From Candidatus Woesearchaeota archaeon (GTDB taxonomy: Archaea > Nanobdellota > Nanobdellia > SCGC-AAA011-G17 > GW2011-AR18): DNA of 64,000 bases. The DNA is taken from assembly GCA_964430545.1 (NCBI GenBank), contig CAYSFG010000035.1, positions 4,463 to 68,462 of the forward strand. The letters are read 5' to 3'. Both the position numbers and the translations under genes were made by a program. Below the pieces are notes generated by a model. The model did no database searches and was not told the origin of the DNA. It worked only from the letters and a program-made list of their open reading frames with translations. The first letter of the stretch is position 1; each line of letters begins with the position of its first letter. Positions 36,972 through 47,528 of this stretch are shown here, piece after piece.

Positions 36972-38035
36972 TATTTTTTAAATAATTCTCCCCATTCTGT
37001 TTTCATAAATTTATTAATCCTATATTTACCTATAGTATTATACCATAAATAATCATGATAAAATTCACTTCCAAAAATACATGCTTTAAATAATGGGGTG
37101 TGAAATAATATTTTTTCTATAAATCTAGAAGATTTTTTCCTAAACAATTGATCGAAGAATATTACTGGAGATTTACCAGTAGAAAAATTAAAATTAACAT
37201 TAGAAATATCTTCACCTATAATATCAATTTGTCTAATATCTCCAATACCTAACCCTCTATCGTGGGCAATTTTAATAAAGGGTATTTTTAATGGATCAAA
37301 ACCCATCATCTTAGCTGAAACAGCATCTATTGCTACTTGATCTGAACTTGCTAAAATATAATTTTTAATTTTAGGAATCATAGTACGAGGGCCATTACCA
37401 TCTCCACAGACTGTTCCGTCAGCTACAGCAAAAATATTCTTATGAATTTCTTTTTGAATTTGTAGTAAATCAACTAAAACTTCATGAATCATTTTGTGAC
37501 AATGATGTCTCCTTTCTGTTATTAAACCCCCGAATGCATTTTTAAGAGCGCCGGTTATTGTTGTATGGCCATGGCATTTTAAAGTATTTAAGTGAATAAT
37601 ATTAGTATTCATGAATAATTTAGGAATCTTATGACCATCAGAAAAAATTTTATCTAAAGCTAACATTTCATGTTTTGGTTTATAAGTTACCCATTCAGTT
37701 TCTGTTAATGGGGTATATTTTAAATTATATTTTTCTAAAACTGGAAGCCATTTATTTCCTATGGCCCCTTCCCATACATTTGTAACGACGGTACGATTTT
37801 CTACTGGAATAATATTTTTATAATTATCTTCTATAAGCTTTTTGACAACACCTTCTAATTGCCAAGGTTCACTAGAACAAGAAGGAAAATATTTTGACCA
37901 TGAAAGATTTAATTTTAAAATAGTATTATATTCTTTTAATATAATTTTTTTATAATTTGCTAGATCCATTAGTTTAGAATAATCATCTAATATATTTTTT
38001 GGAGATGTTTTTAATACAACAACTTTTGATTTCAT
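36968..38035 (-). CDS. DUF362-like protein
   Basis: 'HGHTTITGALKNAFGGLITERRHHCH' resembles the DUF362 core; the assignment is from memory. Confidence 0.4.
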   Translation of the reverse strand: MKSKVVVLKTSPKNILDDYSKLMDLANYKKIILKEYNTILKLNLSWSKYFPSCSSEPWQLEGVVKKLIEDNYKNIIPVENRTVVTNVWEGAIGNKWLPVLEKYNLKYTPLTETEWVTYKPKHEMLALDKIFSDGHKIPKLFMNTNIIHLNTLKCHGHTTITGALKNAFGGLITERRHHCHKMIHEVLVDLLQIQKEIHKNIFAVADGTVCGDGNGPRTMIPKIKNYILASSDQVAIDAVSAKMMGFDPLKIPFIKIAHDRGLGIGDIRQIDIIGEDISNVNFNFSTGKSPVIFFDQLFRKKSSRFIEKILFHTPLFKACIFGSEFYHDYLWYNTIGKYRINKFMKTEWGELFKKY

Positions 38036-38103
38036 AAAAATTTGAATATTAGAAAGGTATAAATATATTTTGATTATTAAAGTATATGCTGTAATATGGA
38101 TGT

Positions 38104-38118
38104 TATATATATATATAT
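38104..38118. repeat. (TA)7 microsatellite abutting a TTTAAATA TATA-like box
   Basis: 'tatatatatatatat' followed by 'ttaaataac'; lies 46 nt upstream of the ATG at 38164. Same architecture as 27234-27257. Confidence 0.8.
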
Positions 38119-38163
38119 TTAAATAACTATTAACTTAAAATATAAAATATAAGAGGTGATTAT

Positions 38164-38667
38164 ATGGAAAATAAAAATAAATTATATTTAGGTAGTGTAT
38201 TTTTAGTTTTAGGATTATTTGCTATATTTTTAAGTAGTAGTTATACTGGAAATGCAGCATTTAATAGATTACCAAGTACACCAAGTTCAGGAAATCAAGC
38301 TGGAATTGCTAATTTAGCAGGATCTAAATTTGAATGTATAAAACTAAGTGCTCCACTTGCTTGGACTTTTGATAATAATGGTAATTTAAATTCAACACTT
38401 AATTCTTCCCAAGTTGATGCTAGACTCACAGGTTATGGAAATTGTAGAAGAACTGGTTATAATTCACTGTGTCTAATAGATAGGCATAAAATGACTGTGG
38501 ATAAAACTAACAATCAATGCCCCCTGTACGGCACTAATATAAAATATATCTATACTAGTGATTCGATAGAAACATGTGATAATAAACCTAAAAGAATTGA
38601 TATAACATGTCGTGTAGGTTATAGTCAAGATATTTCTTATATGGATGAAGTTTTATGTTGTAAATAA
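38164..38667 (+). CDS. secreted/surface Cys-rich protein with N-terminal signal-anchor; paralog of 27286-27996
   Basis: SD GGTGAT at 38155-38160. 'MENKNKLYLGSVFLVLGLFAIFLSSSYTGNAA'. Eight Cys; 'NST' and 'NSS' sequons; ends 'LCCK'. Confidence 0.55.
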   Translation: MENKNKLYLGSVFLVLGLFAIFLSSSYTGNAAFNRLPSTPSSGNQAGIANLAGSKFECIKLSAPLAWTFDNNGNLNSTLNSSQVDARLTGYGNCRRTGYNSLCLIDRHKMTVDKTNNQCPLYGTNIKYIYTSDSIETCDNKPKRIDITCRVGYSQDISYMDEVLCCK

Positions 38668-38836
38668 AAGTAATAAATTATTTTTTTATTTTTCTTTAAT
38701 ATAAAAAAAAAATTATATAATTTTTTGATTAAAACTTATTTATTATTAATTAACAACAAACAAAATATAAACTTATTAATCTTTTTATGAATCAATTATT
38801 CGAAACCTTTTTAATATATAACAAATTTTTTAAATT

Positions 38837-39835
38837 ATGATATCTGTTTATATTTATGGAATTATAAGTTTTGTAGCAACATTCCTAGTTTGTAAATGGT
38901 TAATAAGGTATTTATATAGAATAGGATTAGTTGTCAAAGACCAAAATAAAGAAAATAAACCTTTAGTGCCTATATCAGGAGGATTAGCAGTTTTAGTTGG
39001 TATTTTTTCAGGATTATTAGTTTTTATATTTAACAGAACTTTTTTTAATGGCAAATATGATTTAATATTAAACAATAATAATCTAGTAATATTATTTGCT
39101 GCTATGATATCTTTGTTTATATTAACCTTAGTAGGTTTCTTAGATGATTTAGTTATAAAACCTTCAAAAGAAAGCTCAGCAGGATTAAGACAATGGCAAA
39201 AACCATTATTAACATTAACTGCTGCAATTCCTTTAATGGTAATAAATATTGGTACAACACATATTGGACTGCCCTTTTTTGGAGTTATCGAACTAGGGCT
39301 TTTATATCCTTTAATCATAGTTCCCATAGGTGTTGTAGGTGCGGCTAATATGGTTAATATGTTAGCTGGATATAATGGTATGGAAACTGGAATGGGAATA
39401 ATTTATATAGGAAGTTTAGGATTGTATGCTTTTGTATATGAAAGACATATTGCAGCTTTAATAGCTTTAGTAACATTTGGAGCATTATTAGCTTTTTATT
39501 ATTATAATAAATATCCTGCAAAAATATTGCCGGGAGATAGTTTAACTTATTTATTAGGGGGGATAATAGCAATAATTGCGATAGTTGGAAACTTAGAAAG
39601 AGCTGCATTAATAATATCAATACCATTTTTTATAGAATTTATATTAAAAGCAAGAAGTAAGTTTCAAGCAAATAGTTATGGATATTATAAAAATGGGAAA
39701 ATTCAATCATTACATAATAAAATTTATTCAATACCTCATCTATTAACTAGAAAAGGAGCATTTACTGAAAAACAAGTAATTTATTTTGTTATTGCTATAG
39801 AATCTTTTTTCAGTATATTAATATGGTTAATCTAA
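38837..39835 (+). CDS. UDP-HexNAc:polyprenol-phosphate HexNAc-1-phosphate transferase (GPT/MraY/WecA family; AglH-like)
   Basis: 'VGFLDDLV' (DDxxD-like) and 'AANMVNMLAGYNGMETG'; about 10 TM helices. Confidence 0.6.
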   Translation: MISVYIYGIISFVATFLVCKWLIRYLYRIGLVVKDQNKENKPLVPISGGLAVLVGIFSGLLVFIFNRTFFNGKYDLILNNNNLVILFAAMISLFILTLVGFLDDLVIKPSKESSAGLRQWQKPLLTLTAAIPLMVINIGTTHIGLPFFGVIELGLLYPLIIVPIGVVGAANMVNMLAGYNGMETGMGIIYIGSLGLYAFVYERHIAALIALVTFGALLAFYYYNKYPAKILPGDSLTYLLGGIIAIIAIVGNLERAALIISIPFFIEFILKARSKFQANSYGYYKNGKIQSLHNKIYSIPHLLTRKGAFTEKQVIYFVIAIESFFSILIWLI

Positions 39836-41094
39836 AAAAAATATTTGAATATCATAAGGAAGATAGTTTGATAAGAGATAGTGCTATATTATTTTTAGCA
39901 GCATCTGGATTGACATTATCTGGATTTTTATTTCATTTTTATATGGGAAGAAAATTAGGACCTGCAAGTTATGGTGATCTAGGAATAATATTTTCTATAT
40001 TATATATTTTTTTAGTAGCTTTTTTTGTTATACAAACAATAATAACAAGTTTTGTTGCCACATACAAAGCTAAAAATGAAGAAGATAAAATAAATGTTTT
40101 ATTAAGAAGGGCATTAAAAAGATTTTTAAAAGCAGGAATAATTATTGCTTTTTTATTTTTATTGATTAGTAAGTTTATATCTAATTTTTTACGTATTAAT
40201 ATAATTTATTTATGGATAATGGTTCCAATGATAATTTTATTATTTTTATTACCTGTAACAAGAGGAGTAATGCAGGGATTGGAAAATTTTAAATTATTAG
40301 GATTTAATATGACAGTTGAAGGATTTATTAAATTATCTATGGGAGTTTTATTTGTGTTTATTGGATTTGGAGTAGCAGGAGCAATATGGGCTTTGTTTTT
40401 AAGTTATACATTAGCATTTGGGCATTCATTTTTTTCTTTAAAAAAATATATATCTAAAAAAGAAATAGAATTTGATAGCAAGCCAATATATAAATATGCA
40501 ATACCTGTAATATTATCTTTATTTTTATTTACTGGATTTTATACAATTGATGTATTATTAGTAAAACATTTTTTTGATGAACATACAGCTGGATTGTATA
40601 TTGCTTTGTCATTTTTAGGAAAAATAATTTTCTTTGGAACACAAAGTGTAGCAACTGTAATGTTTCCTAAAGCTGTATCAAATTTTACTGTAAATAAAAT
40701 AAGTAAAAAACTTGTAAATAAAGCAATGTTTTTAGTAGGGATAATAGGTGGATTAGCAGTTATTGCTTATTTTATAATACCTAAAATAGCAGTAATGATA
40801 TTATATGGAAAAACTTACCTTGAAATTGTACCTTACTTAGGTCTTTATGGATTAGTAATGCTTATATTATCATTAAGTTATGTTTTAGTATTTTATAATT
40901 TATCCTTACATAGAAAGAAATTTATTTTAATATTACTAATATTTATAATTGCAGAAGCTTTAATATTAACAATATTCCACAATAGTATTATGCAAATAAT
41001 TTTAATATTATTGGCATTAATGTCTTTAATGTATATAAGTTTATTAATTTATACTTACTATGATAAAATTATCAATAATAATACCGGCATATAA
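39823..41094 (+). CDS. Wzx-like oligosaccharide flippase (MOP superfamily polysaccharide biosynthesis protein)
   Basis: 423 aa; 12 or more TM helices in the topology typical of MOP flippases. Confidence 0.5.
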   Translation: MVNLKKIFEYHKEDSLIRDSAILFLAASGLTLSGFLFHFYMGRKLGPASYGDLGIIFSILYIFLVAFFVIQTIITSFVATYKAKNEEDKINVLLRRALKRFLKAGIIIAFLFLLISKFISNFLRINIIYLWIMVPMIILLFLLPVTRGVMQGLENFKLLGFNMTVEGFIKLSMGVLFVFIGFGVAGAIWALFLSYTLAFGHSFFSLKKYISKKEIEFDSKPIYKYAIPVILSLFLFTGFYTIDVLLVKHFFDEHTAGLYIALSFLGKIIFFGTQSVATVMFPKAVSNFTVNKISKKLVNKAMFLVGIIGGLAVIAYFIIPKIAVMILYGKTYLEIVPYLGLYGLVMLILSLSYVLVFYNLSLHRKKFILILLIFIIAEALILTIFHNSIMQIILILLALMSLMYISLLIYTYYDKIINNNTGI

Positions 41095-41818
41095 TGAGGA
41101 ATTTAGAATAATAAACACTTTAAATAGTTATTATAATTTTTTTTATGAAATTTATAAAAATAATTTTGAAATAATTGTAGTAGCAAATAACTGCAAAGAT
41201 AAAACTACTCTTATTGTTAAAAAATTTATGGAAAATAAAAAACAAGTAAAACTTTTAGATATTGTGACTAATGTTGGTAAAGGTGGTGCAATAATAGAAG
41301 GATTTAATATTGCTAAAGGAGAATTATTAGGCTTTGTAGATGCAGATAATTCAACAAAACCAGAAGCATTTAATGATTTAATTTTAAATATAAAAAATAA
41401 TGATGGAATAATCGCTTCAAGATGGATGAAGAAATCTAAAGTAAGCCCAAAACAATCATTAAAAAGAAGAATAGCATCTAGAACTTTTAATATTTTAATA
41501 AGATTATTATTTAAAATAAAATTAAGTGATACACAATGTGGGGCTAAATTATTTAAAAAAGAAGCTATAAAAAATGTTATTTATAAATTAGGAATAACTA
41601 GATGGGCTTTTGATATTGATTTATTATATTTATTAAAAAGAAATAATTTTAAAATAATAGAAATTCCAACTGTATGGAGTGATGCCCCCGGATCTAACCT
41701 TAATGTAAGAAAAGCATCTTTTGAAATGTTTTTAGCAATAATAAGACTAAGATTTATATATTCACCTTTTAAATTTATAGTTAAGTTATATGATAAAATT
41801 ATGGTGTGGTTAAAATGA
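41060..41818 (+). CDS. GT2 polyprenol-phosphate glycosyltransferase
   Basis: 'LSIIIPAYNEE', 'FVDADN', 'QCGAKLF'. Confidence 0.7.
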   Translation: MIKLSIIIPAYNEEFRIINTLNSYYNFFYEIYKNNFEIIVVANNCKDKTTLIVKKFMENKKQVKLLDIVTNVGKGGAIIEGFNIAKGELLGFVDADNSTKPEAFNDLILNIKNNDGIIASRWMKKSKVSPKQSLKRRIASRTFNILIRLLFKIKLSDTQCGAKLFKKEAIKNVIYKLGITRWAFDIDLLYLLKRNNFKIIEIPTVWSDAPGSNLNVRKASFEMFLAIIRLRFIYSPFKFIVKLYDKIMVWLK

Positions 41819-42909
41819 AGATATTAGTATTTAATTGGAAGGATATAAAGCATCCTTATGCTGGCGGAGCAGAAGTAAATATACATGAACAAGCAAAAAG
41901 ATGGATAAAGAAAGACCATTTTGTAACTCAATTTAGCCCTATGTTTAAGGATGCGAAAAAAAGTGAAATAGTAGATGGAATTGAAATAATAAGAAAAGGT
42001 GGCAGATATAGTGTTTATTTATGGGCTGTTTTATATTATTTTTTTAAACTAAGAAAAGATGCTGAAGTTGTGATAGATATTGAGAATGGAATACCATTTT
42101 TTACACCATTATTTTCAAGAAAACCAAAACTTGCTATAATGCACCATGTTCATGATGGAGTATTTTTTAAAGAATTACCCTATTTAGTAGCATGGATACC
42201 GTATTTATTGGAAAGATATGGAATAAGAATATTTTACAAAAATGTAAAATTTATAGCAGTATCAGAAACTACTAAAGAAGAAATGATAAATAAATTAAAA
42301 TTAAAACCTAATAATATAAAAATTGTATATAATGGTTTAAATCATGAAAATCTTAAAAGTAAAATTATAAAAAATAAAAACCCAACAATAATATATTTTG
42401 GAAGATTAATGAAGTATAAAAGAATAGATTTGTTAATGGATATATTTTCCGAAGTATTAAAAGAAATTCCAGAATCTAAACTTTATATAGCAGGAACTGG
42501 AGTAATAGAAGAAGAATTAAAAGAAAAAACCAAAAATATGAAATTAGAAGATAAGATAATATTTTGTGGATATGTAAGCGAAGAAAATAAAAAAGATTTA
42601 TTAAAAAGTTCATGGATATTTGTAAATCCATCAAGCATGGAAGGATGGGGAGTAACTGTAATAGAAGCAAATGCTTTAGGATTACCAGCTTTAGCATTTA
42701 ATGTACCAGGCTTAAAGGAAGCAATAAAAAATAATGAAACAGGATTTTTAGTTGAAAACGAAAAAGAAATGAAAGAAAAGATTATAAGATTATTAAACGA
42801 TAAAAAACTAAGAGAAGAATTAGGAAAAAATGCTATAAAATGGAGCAAAAATTTTAGTTGGGACAAAACAGCTGAAAAAACAATGAATATATTAAAGAGT
42901 TTAAAATGA
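41806..42909 (+). CDS. GT4 glycosyltransferase (GT-B fold)
   Basis: 'EGWGVTVIEANALGLPALAFNVPGLKE' (EX7E motif). Confidence 0.8.
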   Translation: MVKMKILVFNWKDIKHPYAGGAEVNIHEQAKRWIKKDHFVTQFSPMFKDAKKSEIVDGIEIIRKGGRYSVYLWAVLYYFFKLRKDAEVVIDIENGIPFFTPLFSRKPKLAIMHHVHDGVFFKELPYLVAWIPYLLERYGIRIFYKNVKFIAVSETTKEEMINKLKLKPNNIKIVYNGLNHENLKSKIIKNKNPTIIYFGRLMKYKRIDLLMDIFSEVLKEIPESKLYIAGTGVIEEELKEKTKNMKLEDKIIFCGYVSEENKKDLLKSSWIFVNPSSMEGWGVTVIEANALGLPALAFNVPGLKEAIKNNETGFLVENEKEMKEKIIRLLNDKKLREELGKNAIKWSKNFSWDKTAEKTMNILKSLK

Positions 42910-43715
42910 AAAATAAAAAAGTATCTGTTATAATAACTACAAGAAATGAACAGAAAAATATAGAAAAAATATTAAAAAGCATTAAAAAACAGACATACAA
43001 AAATATAGAAATAATAATTGTAGATAATAATAGCAATGATAAAACAAAAGAAATAGCAAAAAAATACGGAAAAGTTTTTGATAGAGGGCCAGAAAGAAGT
43101 GCACAAAGAAATTATGGCGCTGAAAAATCTAAAGGAGATTATTTATTATTCTTAGATGCTGATATGGAATTAACTCAAAATGTTATCAAAGAAGTTGTTA
43201 TTAATATTAAAGAAAATATTGCAATGATAATACCTGAAAAATCTGTAGGAAAAAGTTTTTGGGGTAAGGTTAAAGTCTTAGAAAGAAATTGTTATATAAA
43301 TGATTTAGATATGGAGTTACCAAGATTTTATGAAAGAAAAACTTTTTTTAAATTAAAAGGATTTGATGAGAAAATAACAGGACAAGAAATAGAAGATTTA
43401 TACAATCATGCTTTAAAATTAGGAAATGTCGGAAGAATAAATGAATTTATAATACATAATGAATTGATGAATAGTCTTTGGTTAATAATAAATAAAAAAT
43501 ACTATTATTGTTTAACATTGGATAGATATATAAAAAAAAGTAATAATCTGGCTAAAAGACAATTTAAATTTTTCAGACCAGCTTATTTAAGAAATTTTAA
43601 AGAATTCTTAAAACATCCAATATTAACCTATGGATTTTTAGTAATGAGAACAGGAGAAAGTATTGCAGCAATAATAGGGTTATATACTGGAAAAATAAGA
43701 AAAAATGATCGATAA
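42906..43715 (+). CDS. GT2 glycosyltransferase
   Basis: 'VSVIITTRNEQKNI...IIVDNNSNDKT...FLDADM'. Confidence 0.7.
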   Translation: MKNKKVSVIITTRNEQKNIEKILKSIKKQTYKNIEIIIVDNNSNDKTKEIAKKYGKVFDRGPERSAQRNYGAEKSKGDYLLFLDADMELTQNVIKEVVINIKENIAMIIPEKSVGKSFWGKVKVLERNCYINDLDMELPRFYERKTFFKLKGFDEKITGQEIEDLYNHALKLGNVGRINEFIIHNELMNSLWLIINKKYYYCLTLDRYIKKSNNLAKRQFKFFRPAYLRNFKEFLKHPILTYGFLVMRTGESIAAIIGLYTGKIRKNDR

Positions 43716-43974
43716 ATTAAAAGAAAATATAATAAATTCACATGCATTATGCCACGATCCTTTACTAAATATATCAAAAATTAAAAAAGAAATTGAAAAA
43801 TCAATAGAAGAGATAAATAGCATAAAAGATGAAATATTAAATAAGGAAATAAAAACAATACTTCAAGAAATATTAGATTATATAAATAAAAATGAATTAA
43901 AAATTATAGAAAAAAATATTAATTATATTGACGATAATATAAGGAAAGTATGGGAAAAAATAGAAAATTTATAA
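43705..43974 (+). CDS. hypothetical small coiled-coil protein
   Basis: 89-aa ORF overlapping the upstream glycosyltransferase by 11 nt; charged helical composition. Confidence 0.3.
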   Translation: MIDKLKENIINSHALCHDPLLNISKIKKEIEKSIEEINSIKDEILNKEIKTILQEILDYINKNELKIIEKNINYIDDNIRKVWEKIENL

Positions 43975-44010
43975 CAAAAGTATTATAAATTAAATTATAT
44001 TACAAAATAT

Positions 44011-45132
44011 ATGGGATTAGGAGAAACTATACTAAAAGCTACTACAAAACCTACAAAAGTTTTAAGATTATTTGGAAATGGCCTGCAAAGTTTTATTTCT
44101 GGAAGAAAAGCGTCATCTTTACCTTATAGATTACAAATAGAAAATGGAAATATATGCAACTTAAGATGTACTATGTGCGCTTTAAATGTTATGAAAAGAA
44201 AAAAAGGAATGATGAATCTTGAAAAATTTAAAGAAGTATTTGATACAGTAAAACCAGCTTATGTAAATTTAACTGGTTATAGTGAAATGATTTTAAATAA
44301 AGATATGTTTGATATAATAAAATATGCGAAAAGTAAAGGAGCATTTGTAAAAATAGATTCTAATGCAACACTAACTACAGATGATAAAGCTAATAAAATA
44401 ATTGATTCTGGAATAGATTTAATATCAATAAGTGTTGATGGAGCAACCAAAGAAACATATGAAAAAATAAGAATACCTGCTAAATTTGAAGTTGTAATAG
44501 AAAATTTAAAAAATTTAGTAAAAGTAAGAAATGAAAGAAAAAGTAAAACACAGATTCATATGGCGTTTGTATGTCAATTGCCTAATTTTCATGAACTACC
44601 TGCAATAATAAAATTAGCAGATGAATTTGGTGTAGACCAACTAAATAGCCCCTTTGTTACTGAATATGACATTAAGATGAATGAAAAATATAAACTAGAC
44701 AAAGTAGACTTTGAAAAATTAAAATCAATATACAATGAAGCTTTAGAAGTTAGTAAAAACGTAAAAGTAAAAACAAACATAGAAAGTATAGGATATTATC
44801 TTAAAAAAATAGAAGCAGGAACAATGTTTAAGATGAATGATGCACACTGTTATCTGCCTTGGTATAGCGCTTATATAACTTGGGAAGGAGATGTATTACC
44901 ATGTTGTTATTATTATGATGGACAAGTAAACTTTGGGAATATATTTCAAAAATCATTTAATGAAATATGGCATAGTAATGAATATCAGAATTTTAGAGAA
45001 CAATTAGTTAAACAAAAAATAGGCATATGCGCAACATGTGGTTATAGAGATGATTTTTTACAAGATAGATTTGCTAAATTTACAAAATATTTACCATTCA
45101 CAAAATTAATAAGTAATAGAAAAAGTTTTTAA
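44011..45132 (+). CDS. radical SAM protein with C-terminal SPASM/twitch-like Cys-rich domain
   Basis: 'GNICNLRCTMCA' (CxxxCxxC); C-terminal 'CYLPWYSAYITWEGDVLPCCY...GICATCG'. Confidence 0.75.
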   Translation: MGLGETILKATTKPTKVLRLFGNGLQSFISGRKASSLPYRLQIENGNICNLRCTMCALNVMKRKKGMMNLEKFKEVFDTVKPAYVNLTGYSEMILNKDMFDIIKYAKSKGAFVKIDSNATLTTDDKANKIIDSGIDLISISVDGATKETYEKIRIPAKFEVVIENLKNLVKVRNERKSKTQIHMAFVCQLPNFHELPAIIKLADEFGVDQLNSPFVTEYDIKMNEKYKLDKVDFEKLKSIYNEALEVSKNVKVKTNIESIGYYLKKIEAGTMFKMNDAHCYLPWYSAYITWEGDVLPCCYYYDGQVNFGNIFQKSFNEIWHSNEYQNFREQLVKQKIGICATCGYRDDFLQDRFAKFTKYLPFTKLISNRKSF

Positions 45133-45133
45133 A

Positions 45134-46627
45134 TTATTTTTTAACTTCTAATATTAAAACTATAGGCTGAGCTTTATTTTCAGATAAATAAAACGATGCA
45201 ACTGGCTTTAATTTATCTTGATTAGTTTTAACACCTTCTATAAATTTATCAGGCATTTGATTAAAAAAAGATAGTACAACATACTTAATTTTTGGATTAG
45301 AAAAAGCTTCATTAATATCCACAGCATTATTTTGTCTTTCAGAATGATACTGAATCTCTGCAGAAGTAGCTGGAGAAATATAACCCTCATCTTTTGAAAG
45401 ATGTTGATTAAGCCATATACCTGCTTCCTTAACTTGCTTAAATGAATCAGCTTTTGAGATTATATTGGAGTTAGCCATTTCAATATTGGAATTAATAATA
45501 AAAACAATAATTAAAATAACTATAATAGTAGAAATGGATTTATTATACTTTCTTAATATATTATACATTTTTGATAATACTAAACCTGCTGCTAAAAATA
45601 AACCTACAAAAAAATTAAAATAATACCTCTCTTCAATATAATAACCATAGTTGATCTTTGCTGCAAATAAAATAGTTAAAACAATCCACAAAAATAAAAA
45701 TAATTTATTACCAAGAGCTTTATCTTTATTTTTAATAATAATATCCAAGCCAAGAAATATTTGTAATAAATATAAAAAACCTAAAATAGATAAAACCATT
45801 AAAATAATACCTTCAATAGAAAGAAAAGATTTTAATTGAGAAGTTAAAGAACTAATAAATGATCTTCCTAATGTTGTTCTAGTACCAAATGTCTGTAAAA
45901 AAAAAGCAATAGGAGAACCATAAGAAATATACTGCCAAATAATAAAAGGAATTATCAAAATAAAACTTATTAATGTACTTTTAATTAAATGTTTATTTTT
46001 AATAAAAGAAAATCTTTCAGTAATTATCAAATATAAAATAATTAGTATAGCAACTAAGGCATTTGTATACTTCATCAAAAATCCAAGAACTAAAGTTGGA
46101 ATTAATAACAAAGTGTAAATATTATTTTTATTATTTATATATCCTTTAAAGAAAAATAATATCGTTAACAACCAAAATGTTAATACTGGGACATCAACTA
46201 ATAACCTATATGAAAAAAATAAATGAGACCAAAATACAGCAGTAAAAATAGAAGCAAATAAAGCAGTAAGATCATCAAACATTTCTTTACCAATAAGATA
46301 AATGAGTATTATATTTGAAAAATAGAATAAACCCATAAATATTCTTATTCCTATTTCATTAATATTTAATTTAAAAAATAAAGCTGTTATTAATGAAAAT
46401 AAAATTGGTCTTATGGGACTAAATGTAGCTATTGGAAAATCCTTGGCTAGATATTTGGCATAATTAAGATAATCAGCTTCGTCAAACCACAAAGCTTGAG
46501 AAAATGTTTTTGTAAAATAATAAATGAAGTAAATTAATGATAATAACAAAATAATAAGAAATATTTTATTATAAATTGATTTATTATAAAATTCTCTAGA
46601 TTTTTTTATGATACTATTAATAATCAT
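45134..46627 (-). CDS. GT-C-fold membrane glycosyltransferase (GT39/GT83-like)
   Basis: 497 aa; about 12 TM helices; first loop 'WFDEADYLNYAK' (DE motif). Confidence 0.45.
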   Translation of the reverse strand: MIINSIIKKSREFYNKSIYNKIFLIILLLSLIYFIYYFTKTFSQALWFDEADYLNYAKYLAKDFPIATFSPIRPILFSLITALFFKLNINEIGIRIFMGLFYFSNIILIYLIGKEMFDDLTALFASIFTAVFWSHLFFSYRLLVDVPVLTFWLLTILFFFKGYINNKNNIYTLLLIPTLVLGFLMKYTNALVAILIILYLIITERFSFIKNKHLIKSTLISFILIIPFIIWQYISYGSPIAFFLQTFGTRTTLGRSFISSLTSQLKSFLSIEGIILMVLSILGFLYLLQIFLGLDIIIKNKDKALGNKLFLFLWIVLTILFAAKINYGYYIEERYYFNFFVGLFLAAGLVLSKMYNILRKYNKSISTIIVILIIVFIINSNIEMANSNIISKADSFKQVKEAGIWLNQHLSKDEGYISPATSAEIQYHSERQNNAVDINEAFSNPKIKYVVLSFFNQMPDKFIEGVKTNQDKLKPVASFYLSENKAQPIVLILEVKK

Positions 46628-46661
46628 ATATTTATACTTAATCTATAATTTATAATACTTT

Positions 46662-47528
46662 TTATTTAGTAGATTCAATCCTTGACCATATTTTATTAAA
46701 ATTTTGTTTCCTAATCTTTATTTTTATAAAAATCATAAACCACAAATAAAGACGAGCAAATAATAATAAAATAGTATAAATAAATTCTTTAGATTTTTTA
46801 GCATAAATAAAAACTTCTAAAAAACCTAATGATTCTGAAGCAAAAGACCTACGCATCTTAATATTAGATTTCGTAAAACTTCTTATTTGATAATAACCAC
46901 CAGCACTTCTAATTTTTTGATTAGTCCAATCCTTAAATGTAGTAGGATATTTAACATAAACTAAAGCATTAGGTGCATAGAAAATTTTATAACCTTTATC
47001 AAGAATAATATTTGAGATAATAGCATCATCAGATAAGGAATTTTCAGGAATGCTTCCAACAATATTCCTAATAGCCATAAGATAGCCTGTACAAACAAAA
47101 TTTTTACCACTTAATCTCAACTTATGGGCCATATTAGTAAGAACAAAAGACCAGTAGCCTAAAATATTATCTTTAGGATTTAAAGAAATAGGATGACCAG
47201 AAACAGCACCAACTTCTTTATTTGAAAAATAACTTAATAATTCTTTTAATGAATCTTTACCTACAAAAACATCACCATCTGTAAATATCATTATATCATT
47301 TTTATTTGTAAATTTTTTAAAAACTAAATTAAGGGCTGAAGGTTTTCCTTTGCTTTCATCTTGAATATGCAAAACATCCTTAAATCTCAAAAATTCATTC
47401 TTAGTTTCTAAATCAGGGCATACTACATAAATTTTATATTTTTTATTTAATTTTTGCTCTTTAAAAGAAGAAATAGCCTTAGCTATCGTGTTAGGTTCTT
47501 TATATGCAATAATAATAATACGAATCAT
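46662..47528 (-). CDS. GT2-like glycosyltransferase
   Basis: 'IIIIAYKEPNTI', 'FTDGDVF'; C-terminal TM helix. Confidence 0.55.
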   Translation of the reverse strand: MIRIIIIAYKEPNTIAKAISSFKEQKLNKKYKIYVVCPDLETKNEFLRFKDVLHIQDESKGKPSALNLVFKKFTNKNDIMIFTDGDVFVGKDSLKELLSYFSNKEVGAVSGHPISLNPKDNILGYWSFVLTNMAHKLRLSGKNFVCTGYLMAIRNIVGSIPENSLSDDAIISNIILDKGYKIFYAPNALVYVKYPTTFKDWTNQKIRSAGGYYQIRSFTKSNIKMRRSFASESLGFLEVFIYAKKSKEFIYTILLLFARLYLWFMIFIKIKIRKQNFNKIWSRIESTK

